A stretch of 63,487 nucleotides of DNA, the filler included, from Lenisia limosa (Eukaryota > Protista > Breviatea): assembly GCA_001655205.1 (NCBI GenBank). It is 5 parts of 5 records of this genome, joined end to end, with 100 filler letters (N's around TTAATTAATTAA, not from the genome) between each part and the next. Parts side by side here need not be neighbours in the genome. Positions count along the whole stretch, not along the records: positions 21,168 to 36,285 come from LPNZ01007474.1; positions 36,386 to 61,691 come from LPNZ01006379.1; 3 more parts are not named here. One strand, written 5' to 3'. A model generated the notes under the pieces. That model ran no database searches, was not told the DNA's origin, and saw nothing but the letters and a program-made list of their open reading frames with translations. Numbering within the stretch: the stretch's first letter is position 1; every line of letters begins with the position of its first letter. The position numbers and the translations under genes are program-made. This document shows, in pieces, positions 25,990-40,211 of this stretch.

Positions 25990-27785
25990 CAATCCTCACG
26001 TATTTGTTCGTAGTAATGTCTTAGGTGGTCAAACCCGAAGAAACAGTTTTTGACTGATGCTGATGTCTCCCCTAATGTTGTATGTTTGAAGGTACATGTG
26101 AGGTACATGATTGATGGATGGTTACTTTTTTTTTTCTCTCAATTTTACATCTGATTGTTACATTTCGAATCTGAAAAAGTGCCGATAGGTAGGTGAAGAT
26201 ATTGAGGTATTCAGTGTTTTTCTCGACCAAGCCCGAAACAAAGCAAGTATACTCATTAGGTGATACAGGAATCATTATTACCCTCCAACTGAAAGAAACC
26301 ATTGGTATTATTTCGCAATCAAAACAGCCATCAAACTTGATTTTTGAACTTTCAGAATAAAAAAAATTCAGATTTCTTGCATTATTAGGCATGAAAACTG
26401 AGATCCTAATAAACAGATACGAAAATGTTAGTTGAATCACAATCTCGTTGTCAACGAAAAGTAATAATAAAGTAATAGAAAATAAGATAATGTCACAAAT
26501 GATCTTTAATATCATATCAATACAATTCTATCAGTATATCGTCCATATTCTATATTCAAGAAACAAATATTCACTATAAGTGTGGATTAATATGCTTTAT
26601 CATTTGTATCCCCCACACCACACACCGCACACCTGATTCACCATCAAAGTCCGCCTTGATCAGAGTTGCCTTTTTGGTCAATAAGCCAGAAACATCTTCT
26701 GTAATCCACCAAGTTACACCAGGATTGGTTTTGGTTTGGTGTGGCATTTGTGTGAAGAAGTGATGTCCAGGTCCAGAGTCAGTATTAACTTACAATCAGA
26801 CAATTTTGTCAAAACAGTTACTTCTCATGGGGGTTGTGTTAACTTTATACACAACCCTATAGTTTACTGATCTTTGATCACAAAGTAATTAGTGATAGCT
26901 GCCTAATTAGGGAGGTTCGGATGCAAGAAATGTTTCTTTAAATTGTCTTTAAATTTGAAACATCACAATAAGTTATTAAACATAAGCCTGATACTCTATC
27001 ACATAGCAATCAAATATAAACTAGTCTCTGAAATTCCGCTTTTGGATCTGTTCCACTCCTCCTTAGTGAGCACATGATCAAATAAATATTTGGGTTTCAT
27101 TATATTGTCTAATATTCAATCATTTCTTCCCATCCCCATTCTCCGTCCGTTGCTTTCCATAAGTAATATAGTAGACACAAGAAATGATGTCATTTGCCTT
27201 GCCAATTTTTCTCTTTTGGACCTCGTTACTGAGTATCTACGTTCAAGGAACTAGTGTGGAGAGTCATGAATCACTGTTTTGGTGAATATTTGTTATACTT
27301 CAGTATTTACTGAAAATGACACTTGTTTTATTTGTTGCATCTTTAAAATGTTTCCATTTTGTTGAATAATAGCAAGTGTTCTTTCATGATTGTCCTTTTA
27401 GTAACAATCTCGACATGCGAACAATTGATCACAGTTTTGGCTGCAAGTGATGAAAACATAATTCTTACTGAAGTATGTGGTGTTAATTGTATATCATGTG
27501 GCTTCTGTAACTTTTGATCAACCAGCAAGTTTCCTTTTTTGGTTTGGTTTGAAAATACCAACTAATGGAACCGTTGAATGTGATAATGCAGATGGCTTTG
27601 TCTTGTTTTTCTCATTTCTACACAACTGTTTTCATTTCTATGCGAGACTTTCTGATTATGTTGTTACTTTTTAGGACATACACTGTACATCAAGTCAAAC
27701 ATCGGTTGGTGGAGTTGGCATTTTTTTGCGCCTAACACCTCGACATTATGGCTAATGCAATACATGACTATGAATATGATATAGG
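25990..27785 (+). pseudogene. Degenerate GLUG-like repeat exons (paralogue, or decayed 5' part, of the downstream gene)
   Basis: Fragments EILINRYENVS*ITI, VCGVNCISCGF and DIHCTSSQTSVGGVGIF echo motifs of the 27.8-31.8 kb gene but carry stops or frameshifts. Confidence 0.3.
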
Positions 27786-27789
27786 TAAA

Positions 27790-30700
27790 AGTACTGTCAG
27801 GATTGTGGGCTCTTAATGTTGTAGAATAATGTCGTATTTTCTGACAAGTCTCTTGATTGCAGTGGACACACAATCACTTTGGATGTTGACAGCAACTATG
27901 TGTGTTGGGACTCTTTTCTATGAACCAAGTTGTGGCTTTCTTTACTCTCGCATGCCAGATTGGAACAAGGAGGAATTGATTTAAAGACATTCTTCATTTT
28001 TGTTTATCTCTTTTTTACCACCCAGTCGTTGTTTCCCAACCTCAACAATAATTTACTATCAATTATGAACTGTATATTTGTGAATGGAAAGTGTAAGCAT
28101 GGTTGATCTTTTCAAGTGAAGTACCAAAATTTGTATTTCCTGGTCTTATCGTCGACAAGTTTACAGTGCAATACCAATGATAACCCTCATTGAAATCCAA
28201 TTTTAAAGTATAGGTGGACATACATAATCTCGGGCACTTTTGAAAATACCCACTTTTTTTAGCCCCCCCCCCCTTTTTTTTTCGCCATTTTGCAATAAAA
28301 TCCCACCAATAAATCTTAAATTGATGGGGGGGGGGGGANNNNNNNNNNNNNNNNNNNNNNNNNNNNNNNNNNNNNNNNNNNNNNNNNNNNNNNNNNNNNN
28401 NNNNNNNNNNNNNNNNNNNNNNNNNNNNNNNNNNNNNNNNNNNNNNNNNNNNNNNNNNNNNNNNNNNNNNNNNNNNNNNNCATCTTACCTTCTCAAAGAC
28501 TCCTGGCCTATCTGGGGAAAAAAATCGTTTTTAACTTCTTAGTAACTTTTTTTGAAAGGGGAGCGCAATAAAAACAATAAAGTTAAAATGGGCAATGAAC
28601 TGAACTGTTTAAGAGACTATGTTCTAGAATATTCCAAAAAATAAAAAAGAATTAGTTTGTACAAAAATCATATTCTTACAGAAATAATGCAAATAAAATT
28701 CGATACATCGCTCAAAATGGGGCTCTTTCAGCCAAAAGGTGGGTATTTTCAAAAGTGCCCGAGGTTATGTGAGTGCTAGAGTATGTCCACCTAATTGTTT
28801 TTTATTTTACCCCAACCAAGGCATTTGACTAAGATTCAGATATACACCAAGGTGATCTCACCAATGGAATGCTGTTCCAAAGTTTCACAACAGATGTGGG
28901 TATTCTCTACAGTTAAAAGTATATTCCATTCCTTCCGGGGTCTCTCTGTTAATGTTTATAGAGCTTTGTGTTTAAGAACAATATTTTCCGGAACTTAACA
29001 GTTACTTCAAGAGCTAAAGAATTTGGACTTATCACTGGTTTGAATTGTGGAAATGGCGGAGAGAGTTTCATATTTGTATTTTTTTATATATATTTTTGAC
29101 GTCATCAGGTGACCTGATAACGACCCAAGGTGATATCTCCAACAATCAATTTGAAAACATCACTATTACCGAGGTTGGTGTTGGAGAATTATGGCAATTT
29201 ACGAAAAATCGGGTATCTTATCTTCTTGATAAGAATATCATTTTTTTAAAATTTGTCATTCATATGAGTCACAGAGCTCTAATATTATCGATTCTATTAC
29301 AGATGACTATTTAGACACAAACATCATTATTAACCACAACGGGTGGCCTGATAGCTGGAAGAATTCGCCAGGGCACAATCAAAGTGAACAACAACTTGTT
29401 TAAAAATGTGAGATATACATATAATATTCCTATTGTGCTTAATATTATATGGGCATGAGTTGTCAATATAAGCAGAATAACACACAGAGTGCTTCTTCAG
29501 CAAAACATTCACCAGGTATCAATTAGGATTTTTAAACATATTATATGGACATTATTTGACATGATGTGGTGTGTAATTGTTGATACTGCTGAAATGTTAT
29601 CAACATAAACGTCGATGATGACAAGGTCTCATAATTTTTCTTGATGTGAATTCAAGTTATAATCAATAATGGTAAGGATTCACTGGTTCAGATTTCAATC
29701 AAGGATTTCCGAAGAGCCGGATGCCTATACGGTTATTGCAACGAATCGCCAACAATTGTAGGGGATTAGATTGATGTTGTGTTTTAAAACGCTGACTGCA
29801 AATTCATGTACTATCAAATTACTGAAATTAGTGATATTATTCTACTCTACCCAATCGTGTAATATGTACGGTTTATACAAGTCTCAACTTGAATGTAAAT
29901 GATATGATATGATATCATATTCAATTTTGATTAATTATGTAGGTAGAACTAATAAACTGCGACATTATCTGTAATGTTACCCACATATATGGTTCTGACT
30001 CCAATAACGTTGTTGGAGGCGTTGTTGCCTATCTTGGTAATTGGAGTCCATCTCAGTCTATATTCATCAGACTTGCTTGTTGGTTTGCCCAATATATTTT
30101 ACTGTATAGAGGCATCGCAGCTTCATATGGCAAACATCTCCATGAGAATACATGTAAGTCAGCAACATTGTGTAGTAATACGGAATCCTTATTATTTTTT
30201 ACTGCTTAGATTGACGTTTCAAATTCTATAAATGCTGGAGGTAGGGGTAAATGCATCATTGTTTTACACATTGTTACGAATAAATGGTTGGCGTCACATA
30301 TTTGTCTTATCTTTTCTTCATTATGAGTGATTAGAAAGTGTCATCCAAACACACAAATAATGTAATGAAACAATATTGTTTACTGATACCAGGGTTTCGT
30401 TTGGAAGATTTAGGTTCTGTTTTGGCAAGTCCAAAATAATAGTTACAGGGATCATTGGAGATGGAGGAATAGCTGAGACAAACAATACGCACTTTACAGG
30501 TACAAATGTTTTTGTAAGCTGGTCTTGATAGTTCTATTAATTGAAATCAATGTTTAAACTGCTTTTGAACAAGGATCTAAGAAATTGAGATATGAATTAA
30601 ATTGTCATGATTTAATGAGGTTGTGTCTTCGTGGCACAACCTTCAATTTCTATTGTGCCAAATATGTATAAATTCACACTATATAATCATATATATATGA

Positions 30701-31842
30701 TCATAGTATTGCATTGTAATTGTTTTAGATTGATGTTCAAATAATTGGAGAAATTGAGACCAGTGGAGGATTAATTGGAACAATGAGAAATTCTATTGTG
30801 ATAGTGAGCTGGTTGTTTCAATGGTTATACCTTTCTACACTCCTTTATATGATATCATTATTTGTTTCATTGATATTTCAGAGTAACCCCAAGTAACTCA
30901 TCCTATTTATTGAAAAAGTTATAAAGAGTGTTTGTTTGATTTTTTACGCTGAATAGCACCGTATATTTCAATGGTTTAATATGCACCTTTTAGATTGAGC
31001 GTTTTGAAGTTTCAGTCAACTTTGACATACCTAACATGTCAAACAATGATGTAAGTTCAGTGTTACTTTCATTGGTACTCTTATCAATCTGTGCAACTCC
31101 ACTCTCAACATATTATCAATAATGTTACTCTAAATGTTGCTCGTCAGTTCGAAATAAAACAATAATTGATCTGTTTAGTACTCAGGTGTACTGGTTGGAG
31201 TGCTATCATCTCCGGCTAGTTTTACCAGTGTGCGAGCGTCAGGTGATATCAATTGCCCTTCTTGTCGAACGGGTGTTGTTGCTCAGAAATACACTGGTTC
31301 AGACCCCTTGATAATGACCGCGTTCCATTTGAAGAATTTCAACTTTGCGGTAACCCGGATGAATTGATTCGAGGGGAATAGTTTTAATGGGTCAACATTA
31401 TATATCATGCGTAAAATCCTTTCCTTGATTAAATACCGAAAAATGAAAAGTTAACGTTTGGTAGGGTGCAGATTCCAAATCCGCCGTGCTTGTCACTAAA
31501 TACTGGAGCCCAATGACCTTGGTTGACTCCGTGATTGAAGATCAGGATCCCATTTGGCCGTTAATCGGGTATGTCAATGGTCACATTTCCAGGTTTATTC
31601 ATTTTGGACTGGAATAGATGCAGCATTATTTACCAATGGGAATCAATTCACGTTCAAACATAGATTATATGTATTTTTGTGGATTCTCAAAATCAAAATT
31701 TACAAATGAGATTTATCATACATCTAGGGATGATGTCTACGACAATAAACTCTTTATGACACTGCAATTTACCTTGCTTTACAATGACTTTTCCGAGTTT
31801 TCGCACTCTGAAGAGCTAATTATCTCGTTTGTGGAACTATAA
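27790..31842 (+). CDS. GLUG-motif-like beta-repeat surface protein (multi-exon; 5' end uncertain)
   Basis: FSDKSLDCSGHTITLDV resembles the F.G.FDG.GHTI motif. Repeats include TTTGGLIAGRIRQGTIKVNNNLFKN, NNVVGGVVAYLG, SGGLIGTMRNSIV and SGDINCPSCRTGVV. The last exon ends ...EELIISFVEL-TAA at 31842. Confidence 0.5.
28213..28791. mobile_element. ~580-bp MITE with long TIR and TA target-site duplication
   Basis: TA|GGTGGACATAC..ATAATCTCGGGCACTTTTGAAAATACCCAC ... GTGGGTATTTTCAAAAGTGCCCGAGGTTATG..GTATGTCCACC|TA. It contains an internal N gap. Confidence 0.85.
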
Positions 31843-32099
31843 TAATGATATGAGATATCTGTGAACATACATACATATACATGTATAATATAATGGCATT
31901 TCATATGTTAGTTTTATATATGATATAGATTCCCGTTATTTAACCATAGTGCTCATAATAGATTCATATATCATAAGCATATAATTATCATATGTATACA
32001 GTTAACATATAATTATATATATATATAATAAATACATATGTATATAGTTCCAAGTTTAATATATGAGTTTGAGTTTAAAGGCGTATGAAACTGAGCGTT

Positions 32100-33290
32100 T
32101 AGTCGGGGTGCTGATATTGGCATCCCCGGTTCAGCCACTGTTTGGGTATGCAACAAGCCTGAATATCCCGTTCCCATCTCGAATACTGACTCTCAAGTGG
32201 ATTTTATTGTGAGTTGCGTGCGAGTTATTTAGGGATTACTAATTGGGTACTTTTCTTCCTGAATTGGCGTGTTTGGTGGCTTACAATCCTTAGCATGGAA
32301 CAACTCCCGACCTTTTCGTTACTCCATGCCAAGGCAACACTGTTGACTGTCCTATTTCTGAAGTTGGATGAAGTACTTTGACAATTCACCTTGAATTTTA
32401 TTCCATGTGATGTAAATATGTAGCTCTATGATGTAGTATATTATACAACAATAATATGATTCATATATACTATATGTATCTACAGACATGCTGATTTGTG
32501 TCACCAGTTAATATCTTTCCTTAGTTCCCCTTCTGTCTTATCTCCTAGGACAAATGGAACCGCTCAACACAAGAGCTGAACTTTCAACTAGGTAAATAAA
32601 TGCAGGAGTTTTTTTTGTGTATTTCTCTTGTATGAAAAGGTTTCCATTATTTCCTCCATATTTGAGTATTTCCACGATCACACGTCTAGAACTTTCATAT
32701 TTTAATTTTGATCCGCCACTGTTGGAAGTTGACAAAGAATGGGACAATAACTATGTTTTTTCAAAGTTGGTTCACAGTTTTATTTATATACCGATTCAAT
32801 GTTTTATTTCGGAAACAATAATAGGTGATTGTGTTGATCTTCTCATTGCTTCGACAATTTGGAAACGGACTTATATTTTGTGTCGGTCACATATTAATCT
32901 AAATCTCAGTATTGCCCACATTTAACCTTCTCAGTTCTGGGTGGGTTCAAGGCTACTCACTTTCTGATTCTGCTGAAGTGCTAAAAAGTTGGTGATTTAG
33001 ACATAGTTTGTCCTTGCCTCTCACATCCGTAGTACTTCCTTGTCACCCCTTACCGCTCAACCGCATGTACACGATTCTGTGTTCCTCAGTGGCACCATCA
33101 TGGCAAACAGCCTGTGTAGTACAGGTAAGAAGCATCACAACCAACACATCAAATAACCTAAATTTCCGTTGGTTTGTTAAATCATCACCATCACCATCCA
33201 GACCTTTGGACACTCCAAATTCAACGGGCTACCTATCCAATGCAACCAAAACGGCTCTTGGCCAACACTCTCAATAGGTGTTCATGATTA
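32100..33290 (+). CDS. Hypothetical cysteine-containing protein exons (possible sushi-like end)
   Basis: Fragments LFVTPCQGNTVDCP, VHDSVFLSGTIMANSLCST and FNGLPIQCNQNGSWPTL. I could not close the exon structure. Confidence 0.25.
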
Positions 33291-33551
33291 GATTTTCTTA
33301 TTTTAAGGATAATTCAAATTTTTCATACGATTGTTAAAAGGACATTAGGTGAATGGAAGAAAATCAGAAGTACATTACAATAATCAGAGCAATTCTTGGG
33401 ATTAAGGAGTCCTGAAACATCTAAAAGGTTAGCCTGGTAGATGTGTGTGTTGGTATGAATGTGACACTCCATTTTCCGCCAGCTCAACAAATATCCAAGT
33501 CGTTTAGTCCACATACTTCCTTCAGGCTAAACAAAGTGAGCAGCAGCGGGT

Positions 33552-36285
33552 CTAATGCGGCATCAAAGTGCGTCTAAGGGTGTAATAGTCGCTCAAGTGG
33601 TCGAAAAGATGCTCCGGCGCAGAGGAGATGGGTGCAAGGTTTTGGTTGGCGAGTGCAGCACACCGTGCTTGGAGGTTCACAAAAATGGGGACCGCTTCTT
33701 TGCTGCAGGAGGGTCGGTGAGGGGGAAAGTTGTTGGGAAGAAGAAACCCCAATGCATGCATTGAACTGAGCACATCTTATATTGCAACATTATAATGTAA
33801 AATTAACGAGTATCATTGCATTAACCAAAAAAAGGGCATTATGTTGGTGTCTCAAGGGGAAAGACAAAAGCATAAATCTGCAGAGCGTGGTAGTATTAGC
33901 TAGTTGCCTATTAATTATTATTTTTCTCAAGATTTTAATAATTTATTCAACTATCACCAACCTTCGGTATGTATCAAGCGATCGGGCAACTAAGATCAAC
34001 CTGGTGGTGATGAGGGTTTGGGTATGAATATCAAAGATATCCAGTTGAATAATAACGAAATAAAACGGCAAAATTATCTTCTTTCAATACCCCCCATCAC
34101 ACAACTAATGTACTGTATATTTCAAGGTTGTGATGAGTAATACATCCGCCCACCAAGGCTGCAAAGAGGCGAAGGCAGCAGTTCCCGAGGTGATAGCCGA
34201 CGGGTGGATAAGTCGGTCAAGGAGTGTCAGCACCTGGAGGGAGGGGTGAAAAAAGGAAATTTATGAGAAAAAAAAAAAAAAAATATGAATAAAAAAAAAC
34301 TCTGTTAGCTAAACTGTAAAATTCACACGAATAAAGCCCAGATCGTTACCCAGATTTATCCATAAAGCCCCCTCACCTTCAGTCGGACAACTTCACTTGG
34401 GGCATCTTGCCACTTTTTCTGCTTTGTGAGAGGAATATAGCAGATGTAGAAATGAGAAATAATAGAAGGTGTCAAGAGCAACAGACTAGAAATGAGAAAT
34501 TATGAAGTGTTTGGTTCCAATGGTAATGTTTATAAAGAATACGGATTAAAAAAGGAGTGTAAGAGCCAGCAGCAACATTATAGACCCCCCCCCACCTTCA
34601 GNNNNNNNNNNNNNNNNNNNNNNNNNNNNNNNNNNNNNNNNNNNTCATTGAGACGACACGAGTGGAACAACTTCTCGATGTCCAGCAGACGTTGAGGCTT
34701 GTTATCTGAGCAGAGGGCCTGAGAGAAATGAGAAAACTGCCAAAAAAGGATGTAACAGGTCGAAGACGTCCACTCAATGAACGTCAAATGCTTGTTGAGA
34801 GGGGAAGGTTTCCAACATGCTGTACCCCCCCCCCCCCNNNNNNNNNNNNNNNNNNNNNNNNNNNNNNNNNNNNNNNNNNNNNNNNNNNNNNNNNNNNNNN
34901 GTCGATCCAGCGTTGTGTGGAGTTGAAGAGCTCAATCAAAACCTCCGACCTCGAGTCAGCCAGCTTGAGAGACTGCAAGGGGAGGGTGTCAGAAGTGTGT
35001 GTGTGTGTGTGTGATACATATATTATATGATATGTGATGTGTATGTGTGTGTTGGCTACAATATCAGAAGTCTAGACCCCCCCACAAGAATATGTCGGAC
35101 GGCATGGGCTTCACTCGAAGGTTCTTGTTCACTCAAATCAGCAATGGCTTTCTGCAGCTCCTCAATTTCGCCTAATGTGATATTAAAGGTATCAATTCTC
35201 CTAATAACACAGAATTAAATGTGCAGTGTGAAGATTCACCGATCATTTGCTTTACTTCTATAGTACTATTTTGGAAAATTCCATATTTCAAAAGAATATC
35301 CACAGCCTAAAGTGATCCCCCAAAATGCCCTAGAATCAAGAATCAGTAGCAGAATGAGAAATTAAAGAAGAGGAATATCCGTCCAAAGACCGTCCACGAT
35401 ATCATGTCTAACAGAGGTGTGTTACAAATTGCTGTAATAATGTATGCAACACCAGCCTATTTAATCGAGTAACCATAATTTCCATAACGAGCCAAATGGA
35501 ACATCATTTACGGTCAGAGAAACCTATGGCATACCAGAGTAGACGGGGAAGAACTTGGCGATGTGATTGGGAGTGGCGATAGTGAGGTGGAACACTCCCG
35601 GGGTCAAGGTTCCCGCCAAAAACCAGTCAATATCAGAATAGCTAAAATCCGTGAACAAGTCCAATTTATGCAGAAATAGTATATCGATAAAGCAAAAAAC
35701 ACACATTATAATATCATATCATCATGGCAAAACTAGTAAGTGCATGGGTATGATACCCCCACCCTCCCACCGTATAACAAGGTCACTTTCACCCGACGTT
35801 GCGTCGACGCCATCATCCACGCCTGTGACAAGCTGCTGCAGATCCACGGCCGACAGGGTCTCCTCGTTCCTACTCGTCCATATCTGCATCGGTCAGAGCA
35901 ATATCATATGGATTTAGATTCCATTAGAGTTACATAATTGACCTACAATAGCTACATAATCCCAAACCACCCTACAATATGCTGGGATGACAGCACGAGG
36001 GTGCCGGAAACGTCTGATACAACAATGTTCTGATGTGTTAGTTCCATCAGCTCCACAAAGAAAAGAGAGAAAGAACAGCTTAGAAAGTTGAATAACCTGG
36101 TTAAACTTTATAAAAAAAAATCAATATCTAATAGGTAGAAAAGCCCAAATAATGAAGTTAGACTATTTGAATCGAATGACCAAGGCTAACCTCACACAGC
36201 TCTTCAATCGAGGTAGTTTGGCTGTACAGTCTTCGTGTGTTCTTGTCAGCTTGGAACCAAATACCACCCAATACACCGACCACTG
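33552..36285 (-). CDS. Hypothetical multi-exon gene, 3' part (5' truncated at linker)
   Basis: Open GT-AG exons: IWTSRNEETLSAVDLQQLVTGVDDG, GEIEELQKAIADLSEQEP, SLKLADSRSEVLIELFNSTQRWID, ALCSDNKPQRLLDIEKLFHSCRL and KEAVPIFVNLQARCAALANQNL...RRTLMPH-stop. No family recognised. Confidence 0.45.
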
Positions 36286-36385
36286 NNNNNNNNNNNNNNN
36301 NNNNNNNNNNNNNNNNNNNNNNNNNNNNNTTAATTAATTAANNNNNNNNNNNNNNNNNNNNNNNNNNNNNNNNNNNNNNNNNNNN
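36286..36385. other. Artificial scaffold linker
   Basis: N-TTAATTAATTAA-N, 100 nt. Confidence 0.95.
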
Positions 36386-36544
36386 ACAGTTTTGTCCCTG
36401 ATTCACAGTTTTGTCCCGTGATTCATGTTTTGTCTATATATATATCATATATAGTAATTAAATATATATTTGACGGCCACCCTAAGCCAAATACCATTTT
36501 GAACTGTTCTTTTTAAGCCGTCATATTAGAGCGGTCATATTTGA

Positions 36545-37013
<469 letters not shown>

Positions 37014-37444
37014 GAGGCACCCAGAGTTCAGGAATTAGGAGGTATTATGTTTCATTTCTTTCATGTTTTTAAAATTGTTTCTATCGTTCTTGTAAATGTG
37101 ATAAGTGTTCACGTTCTTATCACAATTATTCTTTCTTTTTTGCTTGAAACGGGGAACGTGTTTGAATAGTCGAACTGTGACTTTTACAGATTAAAAAATC
37201 CGACCGGTTTTGGTGCATGTGGTNNNNNNNNNNNNNNNNNNNNNNNNNNNNNNNNNNNNNNNNNNNNNNNNNNNNNNNNNNNNNNCTTCGGATGGGGAGT
37301 GGAGTCCGAACCCCCCATGATTTTTCATTGCTTTTCCAAATCCCGTGTCACATATCGTCGCGACTGTCATTGTCCAACATAAGTTGGACAAGACATATTC
37401 AAGTGAAGAGCTTTTTCAAGGGCAAGGGCAAGCTCAAATATAAA

Positions 37445-40211
37445 CTACAGATACACTGTTTTTGTAGTGCTTGCGGCCATCCAAGTGTACTCCGTACTTG
37501 CCTGAATGGTCAGTCATAAGTACGAGTGAAGAGTCCGACACACCACCCGCGCCAGGCATACTTCAGTGGAATCTGACGTGCAGTGGTGACCGGTGAAGGT
37601 GAACCCGGTAGTGGAAACTGAGGTGACCACTAGAGATGTCAGGTTCAAACGAAGAAGATATGATCGCATAATGACCTTATGATAGATTGGTTTTCGGAAA
37701 CAGTAATTCCTCATACCAGTTGTTGTGATGCCGTTGTCATCCGTATCACAAGTTTGGACAATGACAGAAGGAACTGTATCAAAAGCAGTCGGAAATATTA
37801 CAGTACCCTTGAGGATCAAGAAAATGGAAGAATTGTAAAATAAACTAGTAGTACAATTATATGATATGTATGTACTATTTTATGCATTTCATATGAAATG
37901 CATATTTTCTTTCAGCATGTTACTGACAAAATACGTTTCACAATTAAATTGATTCTTATCAAATAGCATATGTCCAACCCTTATTTTAATGAATAATATT
38001 ATTATATCATATCATACGACATTATCACAGCGTAAAGGCACTAATAATATATACAGATAATCCGCAACTAACAGTGTTGTCAGATATGCCATGTTGGAAC
38101 GTCTTTGCGTCGTAGGCTTTGGACGAGTCAATAGCAAGCAGGGATCCAGTAAACCTGCAAGTGAAATATGGGAATTTGTATTCCAGGTTTGGCATCAACT
38201 TAATCCAAAAGTCCCCATACGAAACGCCAACACATCCGCTGTTCCAACTCTTAATACAAGACACCGTTGATATTGATGTTGATTTTCCGATTCTTGCCTA
38301 AAAGAGGTAAATAAAAAGGGCTCCGTGCAATTAATTCCAAATTGCCAATTAATTGAAAAATGTAATTAGTTGCGTAAAAAAGAGAAATAAACTTCCGTAT
38401 TTGGGCACAAGTATAATCTTCAGCCTAGCCACTCAATAATCAGCTATATTTCACAATAATGTTGTAGACAATACGATTGTCTACAAAAGATTGCAACTCA
38501 TTACGCAATTATGGCAATTAATTGCAAGGTACCCTATAAATAACCAACACTATCATTTAAAAATGATAGACACATATGTAGGTCCCTCCAACTGTTGAAG
38601 AGAGTGATGTTGATTTTGAAGCTAAAGAGGTGAACCAAAAGAACTGGTGAGGGCCGAATCAATATCAGAATATCATGCAAGTCCTCTGTAAGCACTACTT
38701 ACTGATATAAGGTGTGACGATAGCTGTCGCTCTTGCAGTGTAAGGACCAACAGAAACGTCCATGCACTGGTAGGAACTCGAAATGGTTTTAATCTGTGAT
38801 ATTAATGAGAGAGATGGAGAATTAATATAGCTCAAGAATAAAAGATTCTCAGAAAATATGAAAATACCGCAAAACCACTATTCGCCACCATTAGAACATA
38901 CATCATAGTGAGAATCTGAGCTTGCAAGAACACCCTCTTCAATAACAAAGTAATTCAGTTTGTCCACAGCAGCGTCGGTCTGTGTTGTCAATCAAAATGG
39001 GCCGGAAGAAAAGCTTATGTATTTCGGACCATGACTTACATTTGAATCTTTGGTAGTCCAGATTTTAATCACTCCATCTTCATGGAGAACAGTAGCACGA
39101 GCTCTGGCATGTTAATAAGAGAGGGCAGATATAGAACTTCTATTGGTACAAATGCCGGCTTGGGAATAGATAGTTTGACAGTCAGGCACCCACAGGTCAG
39201 TCGAATCCACAGCTGTCGCAAAAACATGACGACCATTGGCGGGAACCAGATCAAGCACATACGGGTTGGACGGAGTGACTACTGAATAGGCTTTCATTCT
39301 GGAGTAAACTGTGGACAGAAGCGGTTCTAAAACCTGGGTGGGGATGAGCATGTTAGAATTCAAGGTCTTCGAAAGACACGATGAGAAATGCGAGATTTCA
39401 TTTTTAGAGCACACTCATTTTTCCACAGCTCAAAAAGGCATATAAACGACTTAACCCTTTATGGCATACCTGAAGCCGCTCTTGAAGATCCGCAATCTGG
39501 GCTTGGAGGGTGCTATTAAGAGCCATAAGCTTAGCCTAAACCAGTTAAGAAGCAAATGAATACCCTTCCTACTTCATGATAGGACTTGGGCACAACGTGC
39601 TGATTGAGGATGGGAATTTCTGTCACTCTATATGGTCAGTGGATTTGGGACAGTGAAAACACTCTTCTACATCAAAAAAGAATAATAGCAGTTTTATATG
39701 CGTGAGGAATTTTCACAAATTTTAAATATCGTATGATGTAATTATATCACACCGTCCAGAAATATGTGAATTATATATGATATATATTATATATACTATA
39801 TCAATGAGTGGCGGCAGTACGTAAAAGTGATTTCTACGTAGTTTTCAATTTCAATTTGAAATTTTTTTCAGAAGAAAAAAACTACATGACGGAGAGCAAT
39901 GCAAATAGTGTCAGATGTAGAAAAGCATGAAAACTAGAATTTAAACATTTTCACACATTCTAAAATTTCTGGACGGTGTGATATATATATGAGATATACC
40001 GAGGAAAATTCCTAAATAGACGCTTTTTTCTTTATTTGTTTCACCGACATCATTATAAACAAGGCTTAAAAAAAAAAAATCGGACCTAATGATAAAAGGT
40101 AGCTTACATTAGATGATCCACTTCTGGCGTTCCATTTACGTTTTGGGTTATACTATTAATACCAATGATAAAATAGAACAGGAAGACACAGATAATTGCA
40201 AAGGGCTTCAT
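37445..40211 (-). CDS. Secreted protein: signal peptide, fibre-like motif, coiled coil and H-type-lectin-like C-terminal domain
   Basis: Spliced MKPFAIICVFLFYFIIGINSITQNVNGTPEVDHLIVTEIPILNQHVVPKSYHEAKLMALNSTLQAQIADLQERLQ...AVDKLNYFVIEEG...KGTVIFPTAFDTVPSVIVQT...VTSVSTTGFTFTG...EYTWMAAS...TAG. The G.V.FP..F...P.V / TTGFT / W.A pattern matches H-type lectin or gp53-like domains. Confidence 0.6.
39747..39981. mobile_element. ~235-bp MITE with TA target-site duplication in intron 1 of the lectin-like gene
   Basis: TA|TCACACCGTCCAGAAAT ... ATTTCTGGACGGTGTGA|TA. Confidence 0.8.

Noticed and set aside
26072-27560. Laminin-G-like minus-strand gene
   Set aside because: Motif matches were weak. Splice signals and GLUG-like motifs favour the plus strand.
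39112-39260. Pepsin-like aspartic protease motif (AVDSTDLWVPDC)
   Set aside because: There is no DTG motif, and WVPDC lies in an intron (GTGGGT..ATGCCAG). The spliced product continues as the lectin-like protein.
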